Assembly (NCBI GenBank): GCA_002269645.1
Contig: NIVC01004167.1
Location: forward strand, 1 to 57,121
Origin: Macrostomum lignano
Taxonomy: Eukaryota
Reading direction: 5' to 3'
DNA: 57,121 nucleotides
The notes beneath the pieces are model-generated. The model saw only the letters and a program-made list of their open reading frames with translations, was not told where the DNA came from and ran no database searches. The stretch's first letter is position 1. Every line of letters starts with the position of its first letter. The translations under genes and the position numbers were made by a program. Shown here piece by piece: positions 12,631 to 23,687 of this stretch.

Positions 12631-13041
12631 TTATTTATATGGTTAGTCTTAAAGCTAGATTTTTTTTCAGTTTTTCAACACTTGTAATTCTAAAATTAAA
12701 TTGCAAAAAGTAAGCAATTTTTTGGAAACTCTAGAAACTGACTTTAAGTAATTAGAAACTTATGGTTTACTTTGGGAACCCTCTGTTCTTAGTGTTCTTA
12801 TAGAAAGCATGCAAATTATAATAATGCTTTTGTTGCAAGCATTGAAACATTTACATAAAATTACTGTTTAGCATTTCAATTGACAATTAAAACACTTTTC
12901 AACTCTTTTAATAAACATTACTAATGATAAATTGTATTTTATTATCAAACAAAGAGAAAACTTTAGTTAGCCCAAGTACGCTACTGCCAGTAGACAAGTA
13001 GGAATTTATTGGGAAAAATCTAATCTAATAAAAACACACAG

Positions 13042-14611
13042 AGACGCTGAGGACGCCGTGCGCGGCCGGGACACTTACAATTTCGACGGCTACAGCCTTC
13101 GAGTCGAGTTTCCTAGAAGCGCCGGCGGCCGAGGCGGTGGCGGCTACGGTCGCGATTTTGGCGGCCGCGGTGGCGGCGGCGGCAGAGGGCCGTCACGAAG
13201 GGGCGAATTTCGAGTCGTGGTGTCCGGCCTACCGCCGTCCGGCTCCTGGCAGGATCTCAAAGACCACATGCGCGAGGCCGGCGAAGTCGGCTTTGCTGAC
13301 GTGCGCGGCAGCGTCGGCTTTGTTGAATTCATGCGCTACGAGGATATGAAGCGGGCCATCAGGAAGCTGGACGGTACCAAGTTCAAGTCGCACGAGGTTG
13401 GCTTAACTCCTGCCTTTGTCTCTGCCTTGCCATGTCTCTTTCGTGTTTGTTGTATTTATATATATATTTATATATTCATTTATACTGCTCTTCAGAGCAC
13501 CGCTTCATTCAGCTCTTTAGGGCACACCTTCGTTTAGTCTTTCAGGACCTCTTGTCACTCCCTCATTCAGCTTTTCAGAGCGCTCTTGTCATTCCCTCAT
13601 TCAGCTTTTCAGAGCGCTCTTGTCACTCCCTCATTCAGCTTTTCAGGGCGCTCTTGTCACTCCCTCATTCAGCTTTTCAGAGCGCTCTTGTCACTCCCTC
13701 ATTCAGCTTTTCAGAGCGCTCTTGTCACTCCCTCATTCAGCTTTTCAGAGCGCTCTTGTCACTCCCTCATTCAGCTTTTCAGAGCGCTCTTGTCACTCCC
13801 TCATTCAGCTTTTCAGAGCGCTCTTATCACTCTCCTTCAGCTCTTCAGGGCATCCGTGTCACTCTCTCCTTCAGCTCTTCAGGGCATCCGTGTCACTCTC
13901 TCCTTCAGCTCTTCAGGGCATCCGTGTCACTCTCTCCTTCAGCTCTTCAGGGCATCCGTGTCACTCTCTCCTTCAGCTCTTCAGGGCATCCGTGTCACTC
14001 TCTCCTTCAGCTCTTCAGGGCATCCGTGTCACTCTCTCCTTCAGCTCTTCAGGGCATCCGTGTCACTCTCTCCTTCAGCTCTTCAGGGCATCCGTGTCAC
14101 TCTCTCCTTCAGCTCTTCAGGGCATCCGTGTCACTCTCTCCTTCAGCTCTTCAGGGCATCCGTGTCACTCTTCTCTTTGTCACTCTCTCTTTGATATTCT
14201 TGATATTCTATTTGATTCTCTTTGATACACAGTTTTATTGTGTATCAGCTCTTCAGGGCATTGGCGCCCACATAATCTACTAAATGTACTCACAGTCCTT
14301 TAATTCAATGCGCCTGTACTTCATATTAAATTAAGATGATGATTAGTTTATTTAATTCGTCTCCTCCTCCCTTTCTCTCCCCTTAGGGCGAGACGTCGCA
14401 CATTCGCGTCAAGGAGGACCGAGGTGACGGTGCCCGTTCCGTCTCGCGCAGTCGCAGCCGCAGCCGGGGCCGGCGCAGTCCGAGCCGCAGTCGAAGCCGC
14501 GACAGTCGCAGCCGCAGCCGGAGCCGCTCTCCGCCTCGAAGGCGCAGCTCGCCGACCTACTCGCCGATGCGCGAGCGGAGCCGCAGCCGAAGCCGCTCCT
14601 ACAGCGATTGA
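13042..14611 (+). CDS. SRSF1: SR splicing factor, SRSF1/SRSF9 (ASF/SF2)-like, 5'-incomplete; exons 13042-13396 and 14387-14611 (stop)
   Basis: [25 protein letters not shown] (end of RRM1), Gly-rich linker, [13 protein letters not shown] pseudo-RRM signature, KFKSHE|[10 protein letters not shown], then an RS domain to TGA at 14609-14611. AG acceptors at 13040-41 and 14385-86 and a GT donor at 13397; these intron positions match vertebrate SRSF1 as I recall it. Exon 1 (start of RRM1) is not found in the window. Confidence 0.92.
13497..14170. repeat. Intronic 34-bp minisatellite in two variant blocks (AGCGCTCTTGTCACTCCCTCATTCAGCTTTTCAG ~13560-13825; GCATCCGTGTCACTCTCTCCTTCAGCTCTTCAGG ~13830-14170)
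   Basis: Period 34 (13681 to 13715); the 34-aa periodicity of the ORFs here is an artefact of it. Confidence 0.95.
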
Positions 14612-14745
14612 TTGGCTGATCAATTGATTAGTTTATTGATTAGTTTATTGATCAATTGATTAGTTGATTGATCAATTGATTAGTTGATTGATCAATTGAT
14701 TAGTTTGATTGTTCAACTGATTAGTTGATTGATTTAACTGATCAA
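14607..14745. repeat. Degenerate TTGATCAATTGATTAG-like repeat immediately after the SR-protein stop codon
   Basis: Repeated ATTGATTAG/TGATCAATTGA units. Confidence 0.7.
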
Positions 14746-16110
14746 CTGAAAAATTGGTGTTGATTCATCAAGTTTGCCCGCCTGTTTTTATGTGTGAAAT
14801 TTTACTTTATTAAGGGATTTCTTGGCAGTTCCTAATAGGCTTAGGGGGGGGGGTCTGTTTCGGGTCCAGTGCATGCCTCATGTCTCGTATTTGATGTGGA
14901 CTCCCTTCTTCAATTGGAACCAACTACTACTTGATGGGCTCTGGCACTCTTCCTCATCTCAATAAACTCTGACATACAGTAAAATGCGAATATTGATTTG
15001 ACAATGTCTAATTCAGCCAATTGCCAATTCCTTTCCCCCTTTTTCCTCAAGCGGATATTGATCATTGGAGAAGTGAGGATGCGGAAATGGTCATTTCCGT
15101 GGAGTGGAGGACCTGGCGCCCAAGCAAGCGTGAAGTGGAGTGGACTGCTGGGACAAACAGGTCATTGGCTTGTTTTTTATTATTAATGTGCTAAAAATTA
15201 CTTTTGCTAAGCAAAGTTAACAATAACTGTAGCTATTTCTTTTACCCTACTGCAAGTAGCGAATAGTGTTTTTTTCATCTGGTAAATAATAAGTTACTGT
15301 AAATTAGGCTGTCTGCACCGATCTATCTTTTATTATGTATTCTGCTTATTAACCTGTTATTTACACTGAATCCAGACGGGACCCGGAGGATGGAGGAGAG
15401 GATTAGAGGAGGAGAAAGGGATTAATGGAGGATGAGCATGAGGAGTCTCGTGCACGCGCGCGCGCCTCTGCTGCCGCGGGATTGTGGAAGCGCGCGCTCT
15501 GTCGGCGTTGGAGGCAAATTTTGGTAAATAATCTAAAATTAAATAAATAATAACTTATTGTGTACTGCTTATTAATATCTTAATTTGTATCCATCCATAT
15601 TTTATTTTTTCCGGTTGTTATTAATCGCGCATATTTACTAATAGTAGTACAATAGTAGTAGTAGTAAAATAATACAAAATATACTCAATGAACTGTCGGT
15701 TATCCCTCCGACTGAAAATTATTCGACTTGCATTATAACAAAAAATTGCTCACCGAGTACAAATTTAGCAATGACCTGTGTGCAATTTCTTTTCATTTCT
15801 TTAATCAGCTCACTTCTCAGTGTTGATAACGGAAATGTTGGTTTTAGTAGCAGGATATAAAAATGCATGCGATACAGAACAGGCAGACAGGTAGATAACA
15901 GTTGCTGTGTGGACATTGCTGATTAAAACCATGTACAAGTGCGAATTGGTTAGTTTGATAAGACTCACTTCATACTTTTGCTAAGCTGCCTAACTCAGAA
16001 AGGGTAGCTAATAGAGGTTTAAAGCGCACACGCAGTGTAAACACAGACCAAACAGTTTTATTGTTTATCATTTCTGCATCTGTGCTGAAGGAAACTCTGG
16101 CATTGTGAGC

Positions 16111-19100
16111 ATGTCTGCTGGCTGCATTGAAGCCAAATACAAGCCTATTGGCCTGGATCAGCTGTCTGGTGAATACCTCTAATTAACTGTTACTTTGTCT
16201 CTATAGGGGCTTCTGATAGTGCTGTTTTCAAATTTAAGCTACAACCCAACTTGATGTAGCTTAATTCCAAGCACTAACATACATGCGCAACCTCCAAAAT
16301 TCGGTCGGCCGTGCGACTTAGTTTTAACGAAAATGCGACGTAGTTTTTGGCCAAAAATGCGACTTACATGTAAAAGAAACCCTCAAGCAAAATTAACGCA
16401 ACTTGGTTAAACGGCAGGAGTAACTATGACTGTCTTTTTAAGCCAAAAAGCCTCGTCATCTACTTAGTACTACTTTGGTATTTATTTGGGTGGGCATTTT
16501 TGCGACTTACCTAGGTTGGCCGCCAAATCGGTCGGCCGACTCAGTCGACTTGCGCATGTATAAGCACCAAGACATAGGGAATGTAGGATTTTAGGATAGG
16601 GAGATTTTTCATCACACTTGATTTTATCAACTCCAACTTTAATACGAAGTAGAAGCATAAATACCTATCTATTTAAATGAAATTTAAAATTGAAAACTAG
16701 TTCATCTAAAACCCATTTAGAATAATATTATAAGATCCTTTCAAAACCAGCTAATTTATCAGCCAAAATATTAAATTATAGTTTATTACTTATTCCCTAA
16801 TTTTACTAGTTAAAAAAACAAGTGCTCTTTTTCCAGAATTTTATTTAAATAAACTATTCTTGGTGACTGCTTTGTAGGGGATTGACAGATGGAGGTTGCC
16901 TCACCACTAAAATATTTTTAGCAGTTTTGTCCTTCTGGGCATCCTTTAAGTGCCTGGAAAAGTTTCAGAAAATTGGAAGCAATTTGTCAACCTAATTACT
17001 TGAAGAAGTCCGAATTGTGCCTGGTCCCGCTGTAGCCGGTTTTGCATTCAAGAGGTTTAGATTTTAAGTTCGGAGAGAAGTACACGAATTCTCAACAACA
17101 CTGAACAGTCTCCAGCTTTGAGAGTGCGCCGTAAATTCTAGCCCATGGTATTGAGTTTGAAGTGACGCAACTTGCGCCACGCGACGCAGAGTTGGGCTGC
17201 TGGGTGAGGAGGGATTTGGAAGAGCGGAGGGCGAAGATTAGATGGATTGAGCTTCCCCCCGATTTTCATTGTTTTTAAATATCAAAATGGTTGGCCCGGT
17301 GATAGACGCTGGTCGAAGGACACTGATCACTGGGATAAAGAGTGGCGACTTTTCAATGTTGCTGAGTATACTTTTTCAGCGACTTTGCTGGACTTGTGGT
17401 CAGCCTTTGCTGAAGCACAATTCTTAAACTACCAAATAAAAATTGGTTGATATGTACTATAATGAAGTTTCAAATATACAAATAATGTTAAACTGCAGTC
17501 CACGTTTGATAAAAAAACGAATTTGATCCTGTAACGATCAAAAGTCGGAACCAGATAGTTCCATCCATTATTACGAGTAATGCCCCTCAGGGGTTTGATT
17601 TCTCTTAAGATATCTCGTCAGAATTCTCGTCAGAATTTTTGTCTATGGCGAAACCCCATTTAACGCTATATGCATTCTCTAGTAGAGACTACTAAACGTA
17701 CTACATGGCGAAACGATACACGTTCGTTACCAATCTCCAGGTCATTTCTAAGAAAATCCAGTTCAGCAGATCCAGCTGTTTGATTTTTCCATGCCTTCGA
17801 AAGCTTGTATGATATAAAACTATATAACATCACAAATTTTACATTTCATCCACATTACATATGTAACTTGTACCCATGCATGGTTGCAGTGAGCCTGTTG
17901 ACAGATTGCTCACACGACAGCAAGCTGATAAAGTGCGGCTATATCTGTCGCAGAGAGAAGATAGCGGTATGCGTTGCTGGCGGCTCATCCACAGGTGCAG
18001 CTGCAGGCCCTGATCAGGAATTTGATGACAACTGTGAGTGACAGGTATACTGCTATATATACTTAGGTCCTCTAAAATTTGCATAATCTCAAATGCTTAT
18101 CTAACTTAAAATTCCAGTCGTTCTCTACTATGCGGTACTTCGTGCCAAGCAATTGTTTCTATTCCACAATGAGGACAGCACTCAGTGCAAGGAGGTCATC
18201 ATCTTAAGCCAGTTTGAGTAAGAGCTGGGTCGTTTTAATTTTTTTGAGAGAGCTTTCTGCAAATTAGTCGTAATCAACTGCAGTCCTTGACTTAGCAAAC
18301 CTTGGAACCGTCCAGCAGTACATATAACTCTGGATTGTCAGATTATTTGTTGACAACGAAATTTATAAATTATCTAATTATCTAGCATGAGGTAAAATGA
18401 GTTTTCGGGTTGGCAGGCGTCAGTGTTTGATGCACCCGATATAAAAGTCTTCAGCGGTTGTCATCTGAGTTTCATTACACTGATGCGCGTGGCGTCTACT
18501 TACAACTGAAAGTGGAAGCAGTCGTGACCTGAGAGGGTCACCTGCCAATCCGACTGTGCCGATTTGCGATTGGTGTAAAAAATCGGTTTCGAGCTGGGGA
18601 TAGCGCCTCCAGGTTGCCTGGAGCATGATACCAACGATACCAATGGCGCAGGTGGGAACCGGGATCCAGTTTAGGACCCTTAACTTACTTGACTTTGCTG
18701 CAGGGTGGTTAAATGACGCAAGATGGAAGTTGACCGCCTGAAGGGCCCGCATATAGATTAAGTAGGGACGATGGAGGCTCGTCTGGTACATTAGCCCGGA
18801 GGAACCGGATGAGCCGTGGGGATATTCTCATCGAATGACGTGTTAATCCCGAGGTGGTGGAGCTGGGCCCGGCTGAAGGCCAAACGCTAGCCCAGTTCAG
18901 GTCCATGAGGAACCAGATGATTCAGAGTCACAGCTTTAGCAGGGGCATTAGCCAGCTCATTCCCTTGAATCCACTGCAGCTTCCAATGGTCCCTACCGAG
19001 TACCGCATGTCGAGTAGCTCTGCGGTGCAGAGTTTAATGGCGAGGACTTGGTTTAGTTTACCCAATACGATGTTGGCTGACTATTTGGACCAATCGATAC

Positions 19101-22100
19101 CAACAATTAAGCTCAAAGGAGTTCCAGTTGTCATGTATACGAGCTAGAGCCTTAATTGTAAGGAGCAGATTGAGCGTTGATTTGTTTCGGACTCAGAGGG
19201 CTTTTCCCCAGTGGGATAGTAGAGAAACAGGCATCTTATTTCAACTTACATGTAATTCTCTCAATGGAAGTCTCCCTGAGGCTGAGTGAGACTGCTAGAG
19301 ATAGAGATTTGGGACTAAAGCTGGCGCCGCCCTTCAGAGCAATTGAAGTACTTTACCCCTAAAAGGCTTTCAACAAACCCCAGATACCTACCGGACGCGT
19401 CCATTGGACCGCCCAGCTGGCCGGAAGGCTTCAAGAAGTCGGCCACGCTAAGATCCGCAGTCCAAGACACCTCCGGCGGCAGCAACAGCAGCGGCAGCGG
19501 AGGCCAGGAGTTGCAGCATCATCTGGGCTGGTCGAGGCACAGCAATTGGCAGGCGCACATCCCGGACCAGCTGACCAAAGCGCGGAATGATAGAGCTGCA
19601 GCGCTGGCCGAAACTCGCAATCTGCTCATCGCCGCTCAGCAACTGCTCACGGCTCGTTCAGCCGCCACTTCCGCCGTCGCTTTCGAAGAGCTCCAGCTGC
19701 CTAGCAAGACGGAGAAACCGAAGTCGAGCATGCTCAATTCGCTAATAAACAAATTCCAACGGGTTCGGACGTTCAGCCAGGAACGAAACGAAGGCGGCGG
19801 CGGTGGCCCAGCCCAGTCGACGTCCCAGCAGCAAACGGCGGGAGCCGATCAGGACGACGAAGAGATGATCTACACGACGCTGGACGATTCGCTGGCCAAT
19901 GTCGAGAAGGACAACTCGTCGAACCGGGCTATCGATGGGGACGATAAAGAGCAGACCTACGAGACGCCAGACGATCATTCTCTCCCAACGCCGCCGCCGC
20001 CTCCTGCTGTTCCAGCAAAGCCACTGAAGCCACAGAAGGGCCTCGTGACGCCTGAGATGCTCAGCAGCCGGCAGCTCCGGCCGACTCCGCCGATACCGGC
20101 GCCGCGAGGCCGATCCGACGATAGCGGCGACACCAACGGCAAACCCGAAATTACCGAGGGCGGAGAAGCACTGCGTCAGCGGAAGCCGTCCTTGAGCCCG
20201 ACGCCCACACCGCGGCTCCCCGCTACCATTGAGGGCTCCCTCAAGGACCAGCTACTTGCTGGCGCCGCTGTGGACGCCAGCGTGAGCTACTTTTACCAGG
20301 CGTTCAACTGCAAACCGCTGCTGCAGGATGCTGTCAGGCAAGTCTGCGGTGCTTTGATTTCAGACAGAAATTTCACGAGTTCATTGGAATATTAGTCCCA
20401 CTTTCTTCTTTCATTAGTTTAACCAAGTACCAGACAATGAGCCTCAATCGGGCACAGAGTAAGTTATCGCGTCTCACTCTCTCGCGCTAAAGCACGAGCT
20501 ATGCAGGTTCGCTTCCGTTCGCTGTCACATTTATTTGGGGCTCGTGCGATTCACACCAGCGAGGGGCCAACCCCCACCCCAAAGACACAGAGTACATGCA
20601 GGGCTGATGTACACTCACAAGTGAGCGTGGGCCTGTAGGCTTCCAAAAAATATTTTTAGACACAAAAAATGCATGCTAACTACGAGCTACATTTGATCAC
20701 TGCAATTAGTCATTTGTAAATGAAAGGCTTGCTAGCGAGTAAGGCGTGAGGGGTCGCTTTCACAAGCTCAAAATTTCATATCGTCGAAAAGCCTTCTTGA
20801 TTAAATTCATAATCTCGAAAACCAATAATAAAACATAAACTCGGAAGCGATTAGCCATGAAAATTTCCATTACTGTTTCATATTGGCTTGAAAAAACCGA
20901 TTTGAATCTTATGATTTTTCGAGCTTGTGACATTTCAAGCTTGTAGAAGATTCCCTCTTTTGACGATGTGAAACTCCCTGCAGCGTTAGGTGGGTTGACT
21001 CAGCCAATGAGCGTAAAGCTTCGGAAAATTGCTGGGTTATTTATAGCACGGAGCAAAGCAAAGTACATTCGTGAGCTCCATTATGCTTCCAGCCAATAGG
21101 AGCTAAGCTATCGAGGGGAATCCCAGGTTATTTAGAGAAATGCGCCAGGCTCCAGAAGTTCCATTCTTCTAAGCCTAGCCTGTAAGGATTTCAACCGTAT
21201 TTATTCATTTTACCCGCATCTAGCGAGTTGGAGGCGGCTCCCGCCGGAAGCTTCGTGGTGCACGGCGGCTCCAGCGGCCGCGGCGGCGGGCAACTTCGTC
21301 TGCTGACTCTGCTAGTTAGGTCTGCTGACCCGGTGCATTCCGTCTGCCGGTACACTATCAAGGAGACAACAACCAACGGAGTTCAGATTGCCGGCTCCCT
21401 GGGCTCGGCCAGTCACGCAAGCGTCAACCAGCTGCTGTACTATTATCACATTCACGACCTGCCCATCTGCAAAGATCACCCGGAAACCGTGATTAAGCTG
21501 GTTCGTCCGCTGCACTTGTCCCGGTGAGTGAGAATATTAATATCCATATCCATATATATACCCATATCTAAACGAGCTCTTATCTCCCTAAACATGATTC
21601 GTATTTCTCTCTCACACAGGCAAACGAGTTTTCTAAGCGCATCAATCTGGTGCCTCGGTGACAAGCCCCTGTGTCTAAGGTGAGTGAGAACTACAAATTC
21701 ATTGGCTATACCTTGCTCTGAGTTACTCACATCACCCCTGCTCAAATTATTGCAGTCTGCTGACAGGGGCTCAGGAAGGCACATTTGCTCTGCTTGTGGA
21801 TCAGCAGACCAAGCAGCTATCATTATACGCAACGGCGACAGACAAGCAGATGACGGTGAAAATGCGCATTAACACCGATGGCAAGGTACAAGTGAGACGC
21901 TTGGGGGTTACTCAACTTAAACCTAATAAGCTTATTCTAGCAGCCACCCCACTCCCAACCGCCTATTCTAGCACCCACCTCACTCCCAACCGCCTATTCT
22001 AGCACCCACCTCACTCCCTCCTGCCCATTCTAGCACCCACCTCACTCCCTGCTGCCCATTCTAGCACCCACCTCACTCCCTGCTGCCCATTCTAGCACCC

Positions 22101-23354
22101 ACCTCACTCCCTGCTGCCCATTCTAGCACCCACCTCACTCCCTGCTGCCCATTCTAGCACCCACCTCACTCCCTGCTGCCCATTCTAGCACCCACCTCAC
22201 TCCCTGCTGCCCATTCTAGCACCCATCTCATTCCCTGCTGCCCATTCTAGCAAGCCACCTCACTTCTGCCCAATTCATAATTCATCACAAAGCTACTCCA
22301 CTTCCTTTTGCAATGGCCTAATCGAACGGTATTTCAAAATTTCAGCAGCAAAAGTTCTGGGTATCTGATTCGGAAAAATTTGACTCACTTGAGAAATTTC
22401 TGATGCATTATCACCGGTATAGTCTCAGTGTGATTTCTACCGACTCCGGCGGCAAGGAGGTGCCATTGCGGCTAACAATGCCCTGTCAGCTATCAGAGTG
22501 AGCTGATAGTGAGCTTCTATGTACTTTAAATAGCGAATGTGAGGTAAACGTTTCCTCTTCAATTTGCAATTCTCCAGAAAGTTTCAAACCAACCTGAGTC
22601 AGTACCTGGCTGATCACGTGACTGAAGAGTGCACCGAGAGCGTCGTAAATGGCGGCGGTGGCTCTCTGGTGGTGAGCATCAAACGACTTGGTAGCGCCTG
22701 CGTCCGCACAGAGACTCTGCTGGATGGCGAGGATAGCCAGATGAAGCTGACAGTAGCGGGCGGCTGGGCGGCTGGGGTGCTGGTTGAGGAGGCGAGAGTT
22801 CGCGGCTACCAGGTGAGAGAGTGACTCGTTGACCTAACTGTAACACTGGAGTACGCCGACATGGCATTTAAAAAAACTGTTTGAACTACTTTACTATTCA
22901 GTAGCAAATAAAGGAGGTGGCAGCTATTTTCTGCTTAGGAAGGCCAATTAAATTAGCAGATAGATTGTTACCTAGAGAAAGAATCACGTGACACAATTTG
23001 TTATCAGTGCAAGGGCAGAATGTACATTGGTCAGTGCAGCGGATATGTACATGGCAGCTTAACCCCCCCCCCCAGCCAGGACGCGATCGATGGGGGCAAT
23101 AAAATGGGAGAGCAATAAAGCGACAAGGCCAGCAGTGTGCGTGGAATGGCGGAAACGATAGGCAGACAAATACGCCAATATGAATTCGGTAGGGAATCAT
23201 ACTACTGAGTTGACAGTAGCTTATTAGCATATGCTCTGCGTTTCAGTGGATCTACAGAATCGAAGGCCGGCCAGAGATTGAATTTGAAAGCATGGACAAG
23301 CTGCTCATGTACGCCAGCCAGCACCCGGACGGACTTCTGCTAAAACGAGGTTGA
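16111..23354 (+). CDS. Paralogue A: SH3BP2-like PH domain + Pro/Tyr-rich linker + three SH2-like domains, ~748 aa. Exons 16111-16168, 17890-18033, 18118-18217, 19384-20337 (GC donor), 21224-21523, 21620-21679, 21756-21891, 22346-22497, 22578-22812, 23247-23354
   Basis: All exons are phase-compatible (1,1,2,2,2,2,0,2,0) with AG acceptors. PH motifs: KPIGLDQL, KLIKCGYICRR, YYAVLRAKQLFLF, HHLGWSRHSNW. SH2-like motifs: PAGSFVVH...SVNQLLYYYHIHDLP; EGTFALL...FDSLEKFLMHYHRYSL; GSLVVS...FESMDKLLMYASQHPDGL. Exon structure mirrors paralogue B. Confidence 0.75.
16278..16562. mobile_element. hAT-type MITE (285 bp) in intron 1 of paralogue A
   Basis: TIR ATACATGCGCAA (16279-16290) / TTGCGCATGTAT (16550-16561). 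Flanking 8-mers AGCACTAA / AGCACCAA (7/8, TSD-like). Repeated subterminal TGCGACTTA and TCGGTCGGCCG motifs. Confidence 0.7.
18420..19200 (-). pseudogene. Degenerate non-LTR retrotransposon 3' fragment (RNase H end and Cys/His tail-like) in intron 3 of paralogue A
   Basis: The - strand at ~18985-18932 reads WKLQWIQGNELANAPAKA, resembling the RNase H motif LxWVxGHxGxxGNExADxLAK. Further 3', GLAGDPL...QCNETQMTTAEDFYIGC resembles the TxEH...C tail. Stops and indels are present; boundaries are approximate. Confidence 0.4.
20495..20635 (+). mobile_element. Diverged partial copy of the tRNA-derived SINE at 36471-36839
   Basis: B-box-like GGTTCGCTTCC (20506), then GTCACATTTATTTGGGGCT, GCCAACCCCC, GTACATGC and TGTACACTC in the same order as in the 36.5 kb copy. 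Confidence 0.6.
21935..22260. repeat. 31-bp intronic minisatellite (ATTCTAGCACCCACCTCACTCCCTGCTGCCC), ~10 copies
   Basis: ATTC at 22027 and 22058 (period 31). Confidence 0.95.
22899..23207 (+). mobile_element. ~300-bp dispersed repeat, copy 1 (possible MITE)
   Basis: Core AATCACGTGACACAATTTGTTATCAGTGCA...ATGTACATTGGTCAG...GCTTAA shared with 26082-26353 and, inverted, ~54200-54545. Short CAGTAG/CTACTG termini; no clear TSD. Confidence 0.6.
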
Positions 23355-23687
23355 CCGGGCGTGATGTCGTGTGGATTTCTCTGGTTCAACAATCGGATTC
23401 AGTTAATTTGTTATTGGATTATCCTCGACAATGCGATTCACTGTGTCTCTTACCCAGCCTTCATTCCGATTTTATTCAATTGATAATCCAGAAAAATTTA
23501 ATACGTTTTTTCGATAAAAATTATTATATGATTTTCTATTTTCTCATCGTTATCAACAATAAAACTCAGATTTTTATTCGACAGCATCTGATTCCAGTTG
23601 CACTTTACTACATAGCAAATTTCAGATTTTTTACTTTTTTGTACATATTGCTTTGTGGTTGCTCTGTGCGTGTTACAGTGACTGGAA

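Noticed and set aside
14998-15186. Possible exon or ORF upstream of paralogue A
   Set aside because: No recognisable motif; the 16111-16168 exon matches paralogue B exon 1 and SH3BP2 much better.
20636-21177. Possible MITE with TAGGCTT/AAGCCTA ends and GCCTG flanks
   Set aside because: Only a 7-bp inverted repeat and a 5-bp duplication, with no second copy in the window; compatible with chance.
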